Origin: a virus
Lineage: Duplodnaviria; Caudoviricetes
Length of the DNA: 64,000 nucleotides
Reading direction: 5' to 3' (one strand)
IMG/VR virus record: IMGVR_UViG_3300033067_001032
Location: 4,103 to 68,102 of that record
In this document: positions 1 through 9,087 of the stretch, in pieces
Numbering within the stretch: the stretch's first letter is position 1
How the letters are laid out: each line of letters starts with the position of its first letter
Program-made: the position numbers and the translations under genes
The notes under the pieces: generated by a model
Databases searched by the model: none
What the model was told of the DNA's origin: nothing
What the model saw: only the letters and a program-made list of their open reading frames with translations

Positions 1-877
1 GGTAGTTGAGTTGGTTCATGTCCCAGTTCTGCTGGGACTGGAAATCCTGATAGCCGAGATCGAGACTGGCCTGATTCTGCTGTTGCTGTTGCAGGCCGAT
101 CTGTTGCAGCGCGGCGATGCGCTGACGTTCCGCGTCCTGACTTCCCAACCCCTGCTGGAACAACTGATTGGAGGCGCCAAGCAATTGACCGATACCGCCT
201 TGACGCAGGGACTCTTGTTGCTGGGCTGCTTGCTGGTTGGCCTGGAACGAGGAGAGCCCCTGGCTGGCGTTGAATTGATCGGCGTTGAGACGGCGGCCCT
301 GATCGGTATTGAATTGGCCCATCGCCTCCCGATAGGCCTGCATGAGACCGTTGTTCTCGGTTTCATTGATCTGCTGGTTCTGATCGCGCTGGGCGGCGAA
401 GTCCTGGATGCCCTGCCGGTATCCGCCAAACACTCCGGAGCGGGCCGCTGCCGCGTTGCGGCCAAGCTGCTGCTCGCCGAAGCGGGTGTTCATTCTGGTT
501 AGTTGGTCGTTGAGTACATTGTCGATGTATGGATTCATGTACTGGTGAGCGGCCGCGGAATCGAAGGTCCCGGTGTTCACCGTTTGCGGCGTGTAGTTTC
601 CGGCTGTGTATTGCGAACCAGGTCCATTAGCTAGCTGACTGGTAATCCCAGTTGCTTGACCCATTGTAGGGTCTGCGCCGCCGGTGAGGTTCTGGACCGC
701 CCCAAATGCTTGGTTCTGCGGATCGGTGAAACTCGAGATGCGCGGGCCGGAATAGGCTGCGTAGGGCCGATTGGAGAGGGTCTCGGCGCGACCCATGATG
801 CGATGGAAATAAGGGACCGCCGCTGGATCAAGCGTGGTGTTTGTTACGGTTTGGTTACTTGGTTGGCCCCCGCCCAT
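1..877 (-). CDS. DNA pilot/ejection-type internal virion protein (3'-truncated by window edge)
   Basis: Hand-translated ORF missing from the track: ATG at 877 (MGGGQPSNQTVTNTT...), open to position 1. Gln/Asn-rich, with YMNPY and GVFGGYRQ motifs and a QQQNQASLDLGYQDFQSQQNW tail typical of podoviral pilot proteins. Confidence 0.75.
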   Translation of the reverse strand, partial: MGGGQPSNQTVTNTTLDPAAVPYFHRIMGRAETLSNRPYAAYSGPRISSFTDPQNQAFGAVQNLTGGADPTMGQATGITSQLANGPGSQYTAGNYTPQTVNTGTFDSAAAHQYMNPYIDNVLNDQLTRMNTRFGEQQLGRNAAAARSGVFGGYRQGIQDFAAQRDQNQQINETENNGLMQAYREAMGQFNTDQGRRLNADQFNASQGLSSFQANQQAAQQQESLRQGGIGQLLGASNQLFQQGLGSQDAERQRIAALQQIGLQQQQQNQASLDLGYQDFQSQQNWDMNQLNY

Positions 878-1310
878 CGACATCGAAGCGTATCTCCCCC
901 ATGAAGCCTACAGGCTTCGCCCCCGATGCTCCCATGACGCGCATCAAACCAAGGCGCCCGATCCACTCAAATCCGACACACCCGTTGGCCTGGGCATACT
1001 TCTTTAAGAGGTCATGCATATTCTGCCGCCAAAGGTGGGACCTGTCTCCCCCCACGTATTGGATGAACAACCACTTGGAGCGCGGGTAGTGCTGGATGAA
1101 ACAAAGCGCCACGCCGCGAATATCTATGTCGTCTTCTCCATCGGGGGAGAAAGCGATGAACAGGCTGATCCTGTTCTCTTCGGCTAGGTCGAGAAGATCG
1201 CTGGCGGTGTACCGGCCTCTGGTCCAGGACTCCGCATCTTTAAGCCATGGCGCCAATTCGTGGCGGATGGATTCAATGTGCTGAGACGGAACCGCGCTGA
1301 CTTTGAGCAT
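855..1310 (-). CDS. GNAT-fold protein of the internal-virion gene block
   Basis: 151 aa ORF with an acetyltransferase-like pattern (LFIQYVGGD...LLKKYAQANGCVGFEWIGRLG), located between ejection protein genes. Confidence 0.6.
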   Translation of the reverse strand: MLKVSAVPSQHIESIRHELAPWLKDAESWTRGRYTASDLLDLAEENRISLFIAFSPDGEDDIDIRGVALCFIQHYPRSKWLFIQYVGGDRSHLWRQNMHDLLKKYAQANGCVGFEWIGRLGLMRVMGASGAKPVGFMGEIRFDVDGRGPTK

Positions 1311-2715
1311 TCTTCACCTTTAGCAGGCGTTGATGGACGGCGTCCATCACCTTGGCGCCGCCAGCGTTCTTAACAGCCTTGGCGCTAAAGACATACTCGT
1401 TTTCATCCAACCGGATAGGGGTCTTGCTCTGGGTGGTGATGGCCTGGACCTTATCGGTCCCCTTAGGACCCCCTTTAACCTGACCGCCACCGGGACCCAT
1501 AGGCCTACCCATGGGATTGCCTTTCAACATGGGATTGCGCTTCCCCATGGAGATGGCCTTCTTCACCGGACCGCCTCTACGCATACCCTTCGGGGCTGGG
1601 CGCGGTCGCACCATCGGATGGATCGGCGCTTGGCGCTGCATGGCCACCGCGGCCCGCTCGGCCAGGGTTCTGCCTGGAGCTCTGGCGTTGGCGGCCGGGC
1701 GTTGGGGTGGCGGCGCGTTAGCCACAATGTTGTTGCTCACTAGGCCACCACCGGCCATTCCGGCTGGGGTGGAGCTATCGCCATGCAGAATCCGATCGCG
1801 GACATACTGCATGAACTCAGCCAGACTCATTCCAGAATGGAATCCATTGGACGTGGTGGGATGACCGCCAATCACATTGCCGGTCCCTTCTTCCTTTAGG
1901 ATCGGCTTCCAGCCACCGCTGGTTTCCCAAGTGGTGTTGGGACCGAAGAACTGGAATTCGCTTGGGTGCGTGCCGCCAGACTGACCGTAGGTGAGATAGT
2001 CCTGCGGACTCATGTTGCCCGAGGTCATGGTGGAATAGCCATACTGTGGACCGGGGCCGCCGGGGAAATGTTCCGGGACCGGCTCATCGGCTGGCTTCTT
2101 CTTAGACTTCCCTTGGGTCAATCCGCCAACCGCCCCAGCGGCGATGGCCGCCGAGGTAAGTGGATGGGCCGCAATGTATCCGCCAATATTTCCCATCATC
2201 GATGGCGCGGCTTTGGCCGCCGTTGCAGCCACTGGATTCAGCGCCGGAGAAAGCCAGTCCGGCTCTGGTCCGATTGGCAACATCTGTCCATTAGCGGCGC
2301 CAAGCGGAAGACCTTCATTTATAGGGACGTTGAGTCCGGTGGAGGAAGGAATCGGAAGCGACAATCCTGGAACCTTGGTCATCTTGGCTAGGAGCTCTGG
2401 AGAGAGGGCCTTGCCTGCCGCGCTGGCGGCAGCGCCAGGAACGCCAGCGGTGGCGGCCTTGGCGGCCGCATCGGCGCCACCATGGAGTAATCCACCGATA
2501 CCGCCGCTAACGGCGCTACCGAGCCCGCCTGTGAGCGCGGACATCAAAGCCTGCTTAGGATCACGGGTAGCGATAAGTGAGCCCAGGCCCGATCCCAGGC
2601 CAGCAGCGGCCCATCCTGGCAATGAACTCAATCCCAGTCCCGCCAACATGCCACCGGCGCCCAACGCTCCTGGAGCGAAGAGAGAGCCAAGTAGCGGGAG
2701 CAGGAATGGGAACAC
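1273..2715 (-). CDS. Internal virion (ejection/cargo) protein
   Basis: 480 aa Gly/Ala-rich N-terminus; MAGGG and MRRGG motifs; C-terminal GGPKGTDKVQA...IRLDENEYVFSAKAV segment of the type seen in podoviral internal proteins. Confidence 0.65.
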   Translation of the reverse strand: MFPFLLPLLGSLFAPGALGAGGMLAGLGLSSLPGWAAAGLGSGLGSLIATRDPKQALMSALTGGLGSAVSGGIGGLLHGGADAAAKAATAGVPGAAASAAGKALSPELLAKMTKVPGLSLPIPSSTGLNVPINEGLPLGAANGQMLPIGPEPDWLSPALNPVAATAAKAAPSMMGNIGGYIAAHPLTSAAIAAGAVGGLTQGKSKKKPADEPVPEHFPGGPGPQYGYSTMTSGNMSPQDYLTYGQSGGTHPSEFQFFGPNTTWETSGGWKPILKEEGTGNVIGGHPTTSNGFHSGMSLAEFMQYVRDRILHGDSSTPAGMAGGGLVSNNIVANAPPPQRPAANARAPGRTLAERAAVAMQRQAPIHPMVRPRPAPKGMRRGGPVKKAISMGKRNPMLKGNPMGRPMGPGGGQVKGGPKGTDKVQAITTQSKTPIRLDENEYVFSAKAVKNAGGAKVMDAVHQRLLKVKNAQSQRGSVSAH

Positions 2716-2716
2716 C

Positions 2717-2983
2717 CTAGTTTGTCCTGAGGCGGGTTACGCCGCGTATCTTATTCTCAGCCACCAGGGCGGCGTTGGCTATATCTTGAATGCTCTGCAT
2801 GATTTGCAGATGTGTCTCTCGATCCTCGGCGGCATGGGCGTCCTGCTGAGCGCTGATCTTGGAGACCGTCTCGACCAGCGACGCCACTACGGTGTTGATC
2901 CTCGAGGCCCACCAGATGAGCCCCCCGAATTGAGCAAGCAGCGCTAATGAAAGTGCTAGCTGCGTTAGGTCGACGCCGTTAAT
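2717..2983 (-). CDS. Small membrane-anchored coiled-coil protein (88 aa, non-canonical ATT start)
   Basis: Hand translation INGVDLTQLALSLALLAQFGGLIWWASRINTVVASLVETVSKISAQQ...RLRTN*. SD-like GGGAGG lies 5 nt before ATT, and the ORF fills the gap between flanking genes. Confidence 0.55.
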   Translation of the reverse strand: MNGVDLTQLALSLALLAQFGGLIWWASRINTVVASLVETVSKISAQQDAHAAEDRETHLQIMQSIQDIANAALVAENKIRGVTRLRTN

Positions 2984-2998
2984 GGTAGCCTCCCACCA

Positions 2999-3220
2999 CT
3001 ACACAATCTTGACCGTACCGGTGTCGTTCCATAGGTCCCCCGCGGACAACCCAGCACTTGAGGTGGGTAGGTCAGTTAATCTTGCCTTAGTGGCAAGTAT
3101 CTGTCCAGGCGTTTCCGAAATCAGGACGTAACGTTCAAGCTGAGAAATCAGCCTGTTCATGTAGGTCTGATCGTAGTTCATGGGAGCTCTGGGCAAAGAC
3201 CTTGGTAGTTCCCTTGCCAT
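2999..3220 (-). CDS. Small tail-associated protein
   Basis: 73 aa ORF coupled to the upstream tail gene; ends GLSAGDLWNDTGTVKIV. Confidence 0.65.
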   Translation of the reverse strand: MARELPRSLPRAPMNYDQTYMNRLISQLERYVLISETPGQILATKARLTDLPTSSAGLSAGDLWNDTGTVKIV

Positions 3221-5085
3221 TAGGTTTTTCTCCCATCTGTTCTTGTCTCGAACCTTTGAACACCTAAACGCCAGTCGGCGCCAACCTCTTCGTTCTCCAC
3301 CCGGAGGGCGGTGGCTCGAGAGCGCAGGCGAATACTCTTCTTTTGGGTGTATTGGTCGACTGTAGCGCCCTTGGCGATTGAGGCGCTTTCGTCGACATAG
3401 GCGCTGCCGGAATAGTTACGCTGCTTGAACACGTAGGTCAGGGTGGGCGCCGCGGCCGTTGAGTTGCGGAAGGTCACATCCGGAATTAGCCGGTTCACAA
3501 ACGCAATGCGATCCCCTCGACCAATTGAGTCGTTGGGGCCGATTTCGATGGGAGCGCTCTCAGCATACGATAGAATAGCGGATGGTGGTTCTGTACTGCC
3601 GTCGTCAAGACCGAACTCGTGAGTGTAAAGATACCCGTCAGTGCCCGCTGCTCTGGGGTGGTCATAGACCCCCCGATCGAGCCAATATGATCGTTCGAGA
3701 GAACCGACGTACCAGACCTGCTCCTCGACATTGAAGACAACGTATCGATCCGGTTCCTCAGCCTCTCCCGAGGGGTAGAGCCACCAGACTTCGTTGTATC
3801 TTGCATTTGATCCACAAACCACCTTTGCCTGCTGATCCATATTCATGCCGTCGAACACATAGTCCTCGACCGGGCATTTCAGGATATTCATGGAGCCGTC
3901 GTAGTAGCGGAACCCACGCTGGCCCATCCAATACACGATGCCATTTAGCATGACTTTAGCTAGGGCGCCAATGATGGTGGTGTTAGAGTCGAGGAGGTAT
4001 GACTGAAAGATATCCCCCTCGCCCACAAACGGCATCCCGTAGAGAGCGGCGTCGGTCCATACCAGGATTTCCTGGCGGGCCTGGATGGCGGTCACGATGG
4101 TGGAGCCGATGGTCAGCCGGAAACCGCCAGCGGCGGTGGTGGTGGATGGGTTCCATTCCAGATAGTTTTCATAGTCAGACCAGCGGATGAATAACGGGTC
4201 CAGCACCGCCGATCCTATTGGGTTCACCCCGAACGCGATCACGATGCGGGAGTTGGTCGCCACCATGATTTCAATGACGCTAGATGGAACCTGGCTGGCT
4301 CCGCCCTCGACGGAGATGGCTGTGGCGCGGCCACCGGAGCTTCCGTCATAGCGATAGATGGCGCCATAGCGCGGCGCAAACAAAAGGTCCTCACCCCAGT
4401 TGGATTGACTCCAAAGCCGCATCGACGCCGATAGGGTGGTCACGGTGGCCGCTGAGCCCCAGCCACCGGAATGGCCCCAAGCACCGGCGCCCCAACCGGA
4501 ACCAAACACCGCCGATGACGAGCCTGCCGTCAATTGATAAGCGGCGGTAACGCCCGCGCCGCCACCGGCGCTGGTGGCGGATGCGGTCCCGCCCGTATCC
4601 ACCTTGTATGAATTAGCGTCGACCACCACGGTCACGATCTGCTCTTTATTGAGATTGCCGGTGGTGAGACTGTTGAATGCGGTGGCGCCAGAGAAGGTGA
4701 CGTAGTCGCCAACGGAGGCGCCGTGGGAAGTGTGGGCAACCGTGATCACACCGGAGCCGCTGAGCGACGTGAATGGATTAGCGCCGAGAGCGGCGGTCAA
4801 TCTGATTGGGGTGACGTCAGTGAGGAGCCCGGATTCCTCAACGTAGTATTTAGCGGGACATCCAATGGCGGTTAGGATCGAGCTATCCAGTGTGATCCAG
4901 GTATACATATTGCGGCAGATGCCGACAAACGCCTGGGTGGTGGCCTTCGCCCATCCGCCCATCTTCTCGGGGAAGTTCTTCCTGAAGCGAACCTTATCGG
5001 TATCGACCCAGCCACCAGTGGCCGCGTTGGTGGTCAGGTCTTTCACGACTCCTGGCGCCGGAGAGAAATCGATAAGTCTACCCAT
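3220..5085 (-). CDS. Tail nozzle / DNA stabilisation protein (tubular protein B / P22 gp10-like)
   Basis: 621 aa, beta-rich, with WVDTDKVRFR, LFIRWSD and YTHEFG-type motifs; typical size and position in the tail block. Confidence 0.75.
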   Translation of the reverse strand: MGRLIDFSPAPGVVKDLTTNAATGGWVDTDKVRFRKNFPEKMGGWAKATTQAFVGICRNMYTWITLDSSILTAIGCPAKYYVEESGLLTDVTPIRLTAALGANPFTSLSGSGVITVAHTSHGASVGDYVTFSGATAFNSLTTGNLNKEQIVTVVVDANSYKVDTGGTASATSAGGGAGVTAAYQLTAGSSSAVFGSGWGAGAWGHSGGWGSAATVTTLSASMRLWSQSNWGEDLLFAPRYGAIYRYDGSSGGRATAISVEGGASQVPSSVIEIMVATNSRIVIAFGVNPIGSAVLDPLFIRWSDYENYLEWNPSTTTAAGGFRLTIGSTIVTAIQARQEILVWTDAALYGMPFVGEGDIFQSYLLDSNTTIIGALAKVMLNGIVYWMGQRGFRYYDGSMNILKCPVEDYVFDGMNMDQQAKVVCGSNARYNEVWWLYPSGEAEEPDRYVVFNVEEQVWYVGSLERSYWLDRGVYDHPRAAGTDGYLYTHEFGLDDGSTEPPSAILSYAESAPIEIGPNDSIGRGDRIAFVNRLIPDVTFRNSTAAAPTLTYVFKQRNYSGSAYVDESASIAKGATVDQYTQKKSIRLRSRATALRVENEEVGADWRLGVQRFETRTDGRKT

Positions 5086-5431
5086 CGGATGGGTCTTCCC
5101 GTTTAGCCTCGGAGATCAAATCCGAATTAACCATGGCCAGCAATCCAACGGCGCGGTCGAGTTGCCCCCACACACCGGCGCCTCCGGCATAGAACTCCCC
5201 GCCATGTCTACTATCGGATTTTAGCGTAATAACGATGATGCCATTCACATCCCCAGACTTCACTTGATCGATGATCGCGAGAAGGGGAGATGTCATGAGC
5301 TCCCTCACCTCTTCGGTATTTGATAGATCATCAGGCATGGATTCTGGGCGGGCGCCGCCGCTGAAAAGATGAACGACGTTGCTTTTGACCGCCTTTAACG
5401 GCTCGTCACTGCATGTCTTGTCATCAGCCAT
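5078..5431 (-). CDS. Hypothetical protein
   Basis: 117 aa ORF overlapping both neighbours. Confidence 0.55.
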   Translation of the reverse strand: MADDKTCSDEPLKAVKSNVVHLFSGGARPESMPDDLSNTEEVRELMTSPLLAIIDQVKSGDVNGIIVITLKSDSRHGGEFYAGGAGVWGQLDRAVGLLAMVNSDLISEAKREDPSDG

Positions 5432-5655
5432 TGCCTAACGTCCTCCAGTCTCTGAGCGCAGATGTCGCCACGGGCATCCAGCGCCACGATGATCTCAGCC
5501 ACATCATTATCAGTGATTGTGCCGCCTTGGGGCACAACGTCCACTGGGCAATGGAGCATCTCCTCTGGAACGGTGACCGTCGGCGCCGGCCTAGTGGCGC
5601 AGGCTGTCAACAGCGCGCTGAACACTAGGGCCGCAGCCACTTGTGACGGGCTCAT
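5395..5655 (-). CDS. o-spanin (Rz1-like lipoprotein)
   Basis: Signal peptide with lipobox LLTA-C followed by Pro-rich segment; overlaps the 3' end of the upstream membrane-anchored coiled-coil gene. Confidence 0.7.
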   Translation of the reverse strand: MSPSQVAAALVFSALLTACATRPAPTVTVPEEMLHCPVDVVPQGGTITDNDVAEIIVALDARGDICAQRLEDVRQWLMTRHAVTSR

Positions 5656-5884
5656 GTCTGATCTCCAATATCGTTCTGGTTGATTGGTTGGCGCGGTCGC
5701 TCACGCGAGTGTTGGATGCCGACAGCGCGGCCATGGCGTCGACTAAGGTGGCGGCACGCTCTCGCTCGGCGACCAGCAGCCGGTGTTCGGTATCGAGTTT
5801 TGCGTTGGCGCCATTCAGCGATGTCCACAGAAACACAATCACCGCAAACGCCGCCGCTCCAACTCCTCCCAACAACTTCCACAT
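5591..5884 (-). CDS. i-spanin (Rz-like)
   Basis: N-terminal TM helix, coiled coil and a C-terminal Cys (SGCGP); partially overlaps the o-spanin. Confidence 0.7.
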   Translation of the reverse strand: MWKLLGGVGAAAFAVIVFLWTSLNGANAKLDTEHRLLVAERERAATLVDAMAALSASNTRVSDRANQSTRTILEIRHEPVTSGCGPSVQRAVDSLRH

Positions 5885-5895
5885 GAAACAACCCT

Positions 5896-6537
5896 TTACG
5901 TGTAGTAAAATTCCACTTTACCATCCGCACCGCCGCCGGACGCCGAAGCATCGGTATTAGCGCAACCACCGCCGCCACCGCCCGGAGATGAGCCCGCGGC
6001 TTGGTCATCATTACCTGGTGCGGTAGAGTTTTGACCGCCAACACCACCACCGGTACCGAGATTGTCACCGCCCTTGCCTGCCGCTGTTGTACCGGCTTGG
6101 CCTGTAGTATTGGTGGTGCCGCCAGTGCCCGTGCCGCCAGCGCCACCAGATGCGTTACCACCGCCGCCGCCAGCATTGCCGACCAGGGCTAATCCAACAA
6201 ATCCGCCCGTCGTACCGGTGGCGCTAGACAATGTGCCGGCGTTGCCGTTGGTGGAATTTGTTGCTTGAGCCAAGCCACCGCCACCAACAACATATGCGCA
6301 AGTATCACCACCAGCTACGGTAACTGTTTTTTCCGAGAATCCGCTGCCACCACCGCCGGACCTACTGCCGGTTGGATATTTACTGCCGCTGCCACCGCCG
6401 CCATATACACGAATACGGCAAGAAGTCGCCCCGGTTGGAGCGGTTTCTGTTCCAGTTCCAGCCGTTGAGTGCGAAGAGGTGACCGGACTAAATCCGTTAT
6501 TCAGTCCACCTATGTTGGGGATCAACCCAGGCAGCAT
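5896..6537 (-). CDS. Glycine-rich tail fibre-associated protein
   Basis: Likely start MLPGLIPNIGG at 6537, directly after the fibre stop; repeated GGGG/GNGG turns (VYGGGGSG, VVGGGG). Confidence 0.7.
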   Translation of the reverse strand: MLPGLIPNIGGLNNGFSPVTSSHSTAGTGTETAPTGATSCRIRVYGGGGSGSKYPTGSRSGGGGSGFSEKTVTVAGGDTCAYVVGGGGLAQATNSTNGNAGTLSSATGTTGGFVGLALVGNAGGGGGNASGGAGGTGTGGTTNTTGQAGTTAAGKGGDNLGTGGGVGGQNSTAPGNDDQAAGSSPGGGGGGCANTDASASGGGADGKVEFYYT

Positions 6538-6538
6538 A

Positions 6539-7936
6539 CTATGCCACCGCCTTGACCAACGACAGATAGACCTTCGAGTCGTTGAGGATTTGATAGAACA
6601 ATAGATCGCGCGTGCTGGCGGCGGTCGACAGCACACCATCGGCGCCAGCCCAGATGAACGTCGAGTTGGTCGAGTTCATGGTGCGTGAGCCGGTGCCGTC
6701 CTGAATCAACTCGATGCACCCACACTGTCCAGGCTTCAGGTTGGTTGGCGTTTGCAGAGTGGTGTTGTTGGTAAGGGTGACCTTCCCGTTGATGAAGGTC
6801 GAGAAGTCTAATGTGAGCGTGGTGCTAAAGGTGATGGTGACCGGAGACGCGGCCGACCACACCCCGGCGGTATCAAGAATGTTTGAGGCGGTGTTCGCTT
6901 GATACTCAGCGGCGGTGGCGAAAGCGGCTGAGTCATGCATGGCGTAGGTGACAACACCTGAGCCGATAGTGGCGGCAAAAGAGCCGGTGCCTGAACCGGT
7001 CACATTGCCGGTGAGGGTGATGGTCTGATCGCCAGTGTTTGAACCGGTGAATGAAGCGCCATAGCCAGCTAGGCGCCAGCGGGAAGAGGTTGAGTCGTAC
7101 CAGAGGATGCAGCTTTGGTTCGGCGTGAGCACACAGTCGCGTCCAAACGAGAAGCGATTAGCCGCGCTCGAGGAAGCGCTGGCGTCCTTGAGGGTGAGAT
7201 TGAACGTGGTATCCACGTTATGCAGAATGATGACGCGCCCATCGGCGCCGCCTGTGAGGCCGGTGAGATTGCGGCCAGCGCCAGAAAGAGTGGCGCGAAT
7301 AACGCTGCTCGAAGCAAGGCTGGTTGGAGCCCAGTCGTTGGTGTCGGCGCCAAGGGCCGTCGGAGAGATATCTCCGGACAACGAGAAGGTGCTCTGGAAG
7401 TCTGCCGTGCCGCCATAGGCATTGGCGCCGTTGCAGAGGGGGATGGTAGCGCCCGATGTGCCGATGGCCGTGGTGGCCGCGGTGGAAAGCGCGGTTCCGG
7501 CCACAGTTACGCCGGTGGGGAGGTCGGTGATGGCGTCGACCACATTGGCGCCATCGCAATACACCCAGCGCTTACGGCCATTGGGGATGGTGATGCCGGT
7601 CCCGGACGCGGCGATGATCCGGATCGACTGGGCGCCGGTGGTGTTGTTGTAGACCAGCCAGAGTTTGGTCTGGAGCGGGATGATGATGTCGCGTGTGGCG
7701 GTCAGGGAACCAACCGAGGTGACCGACAGAACCGCCCTGCGGGACTCATCGGTGGAACCGTTGTTGGCGGTCAGGGTGTAGTTGGCGTCGGTGGGGATGG
7801 ATACCGCGGCGACGCCAGCAATCGACTCTTCGAGCAGCGTTCCAAGGTTAGTGTTGGTAATTGTTCCCCAAGTTGAGTTGTTTTCGCCGTTTGTCTGCAA
7901 CTCCAGTCGCAGGCGGCTACTATAGGTTGACGACAT
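6539..7936 (-). CDS. Tail fibre protein
   Basis: N-terminal MSSTYSSRLRLELQTNGENNSTWG anchor; Thr/Ser/Gly-rich body; C-terminal ELIQDGTGSRT module. Confidence 0.8.
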   Translation of the reverse strand: MSSTYSSRLRLELQTNGENNSTWGTITNTNLGTLLEESIAGVAAVSIPTDANYTLTANNGSTDESRRAVLSVTSVGSLTATRDIIIPLQTKLWLVYNNTTGAQSIRIIAASGTGITIPNGRKRWVYCDGANVVDAITDLPTGVTVAGTALSTAATTAIGTSGATIPLCNGANAYGGTADFQSTFSLSGDISPTALGADTNDWAPTSLASSSVIRATLSGAGRNLTGLTGGADGRVIILHNVDTTFNLTLKDASASSSAANRFSFGRDCVLTPNQSCILWYDSTSSRWRLAGYGASFTGSNTGDQTITLTGNVTGSGTGSFAATIGSGVVTYAMHDSAAFATAAEYQANTASNILDTAGVWSAASPVTITFSTTLTLDFSTFINGKVTLTNNTTLQTPTNLKPGQCGCIELIQDGTGSRTMNSTNSTFIWAGADGVLSTAASTRDLLFYQILNDSKVYLSLVKAVA

Positions 7937-7973
7937 TTACTTCCCCCGAAGTCGGTATGATCTTGTCCTGGTC

Positions 7974-8414
7974 TTACCCGAGCCAAGTATATGGCGGCGG
8001 CCCAGCCACGGCTACCCATGCGTCTACTGGGGTTGACGCCGCCGCCACCCAAGATTCCGCTGAGGCATCGGTGATCGGCGTCCAGGTCTCGCCGGTGTCG
8101 GTGATCGGCGTCCAGGTCTCGGTGGGGATGGTGGAGTCGATCCAAACGTAAGGGGTGATTTTGAGATCGCCGGAGGCCATCGTCATGAAGAGACCATCCA
8201 CGCTGGTGTGGAGACCGATCCCGGCCACCGAACCTTCACTAACAGTGGCGGAAAGGCCTGTTGGGGTGGTTGTGGCCGCTGCCGCGACCACAACCGTACC
8301 GAGGGATACTGTAGCGGAGAGACCGTCCGGGATGGTCTCCCAGGCGCTTACGCCCCACTCGAACGAGCCCCAGCTACTCCTGCCCCATCCGACATAGTCA
8401 TTGGTTGTGGGCAT
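7974..8414 (-). CDS. Virion structural protein
   Basis: 146 aa with GWGRSSWG and Trp-periodic C-terminal repeats (ETWTPITD x2). Confidence 0.65.
   Translation of the reverse strand: MPTTNDYVGWGRSSWGSFEWGVSAWETIPDGLSATVSLGTVVVAAAATTTPTGLSATVSEGSVAGIGLHTSVDGLFMTMASGDLKITPYVWIDSTIPTETWTPITDTGETWTPITDASAESWVAAASTPVDAWVAVAGPPPYTWLG
8068..8120. repeat. Tandem 30-nt-period repeat (23-nt identical core)
   Basis: tcggtgatcggcgtccaggtctc at 8068-8090 and 8098-8120; encodes ETWTPITD twice. Confidence 0.9.
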
Positions 8415-8427
8415 TTAGCCGCCCTCG

Positions 8428-8856
8428 CTATGCAATCCTGATAATGGCATTAGACGAGTCTGGCGCCGGGAAGGTGATAACGAAATCACCGGCGGTGCTG
8501 GTTCGATCGGAACCGAAGTCCAGCACACACACCGCCTTGTTGGAGGCGCTGGAATTGTAGATGAGCGCGCCCCTGGCGGTGATGCTGGCGGTGGTCCAGG
8601 TCGAGTCGGCAAAGTCGCAGAGAGCGGTTGTGCCAGAGCTAACCGGAGTGGAGCTAGTGAGGGTGTTGCCACCGGCCACATAGCCGGTGCCGGATGTTTC
8701 GTTGGTCGCCGAGTACGCAGTGGTGGACGCGCCCAGTGTGGCGGCGCTGGTGTAGAGGGCCATCTTGAATGTGTGGCCCGTCGACGCCGTGAAGTTGTGA
8801 GTCGCTGTTAGGACTTCAACTTTGAACGAAGTACAGATTGCGGCGGTGATCGCCAT
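8428..8856 (-). CDS. Virion structural protein
   Basis: MAITAAICTSFKVEVL...KMALYTS...GALIYN...VLDFG, a recurrent small phage structural protein pattern. Confidence 0.7.
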   Translation of the reverse strand: MAITAAICTSFKVEVLTATHNFTASTGHTFKMALYTSAATLGASTTAYSATNETSGTGYVAGGNTLTSSTPVSSGTTALCDFADSTWTTASITARGALIYNSSASNKAVCVLDFGSDRTSTAGDFVITFPAPDSSNAIIRIA

Positions 8857-8859
8857 GAA

Positions 8860-9087
8860 TTATCCCCCCGAGGAAAGCCGCCTCACCTCCGCGGCAACGG
8901 CTTGTTTCATGTAAAATAACACGGCCTCCTTTATCTGTCCCTGGAAGGCGCGGGCTTGGTCGCGGATTGGTTGCGGGGCGGTGTCGGCCACCTGCATGAT
9001 TTTGCGGGCGCAATAGTCGGCATAGGCCTCGGTGGTATCGCCGTTGAGGGTGACCATGACCATCGGGGTTGGCATGCTGGATTCCAC
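8860..9087 (-). CDS. Hypothetical protein
   Basis: 75 aa ORF tightly packed in the operon. Confidence 0.6.
   Translation of the reverse strand: MESSMPTPMVMVTLNGDTTEAYADYCARKIMQVADTAPQPIRDQARAFQGQIKEAVLFYMKQAVAAEVRRLSSGG

Noticed and set aside
11-502. Plus-strand 163-aa ORF and many similar long ORFs opposite structural genes (e.g. 7115-7876, 15182-15751, 26024-26878, 57896-58624)
   Set aside because: Antisense shadows of real minus-strand genes in GC-rich DNA; no SD or recognisable motifs.
5896-6639. Track start at 6639 for the Gly-rich protein
   Set aside because: Overlaps the tail fibre in an implausible frame; ATG at 6537 directly follows the fibre stop.
5896-7936. Diversity-generating retroelement targeting the tail fibre
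   Set aside because: No reverse transcriptase and no TR/VR repeat pair differing at adenines was seen.
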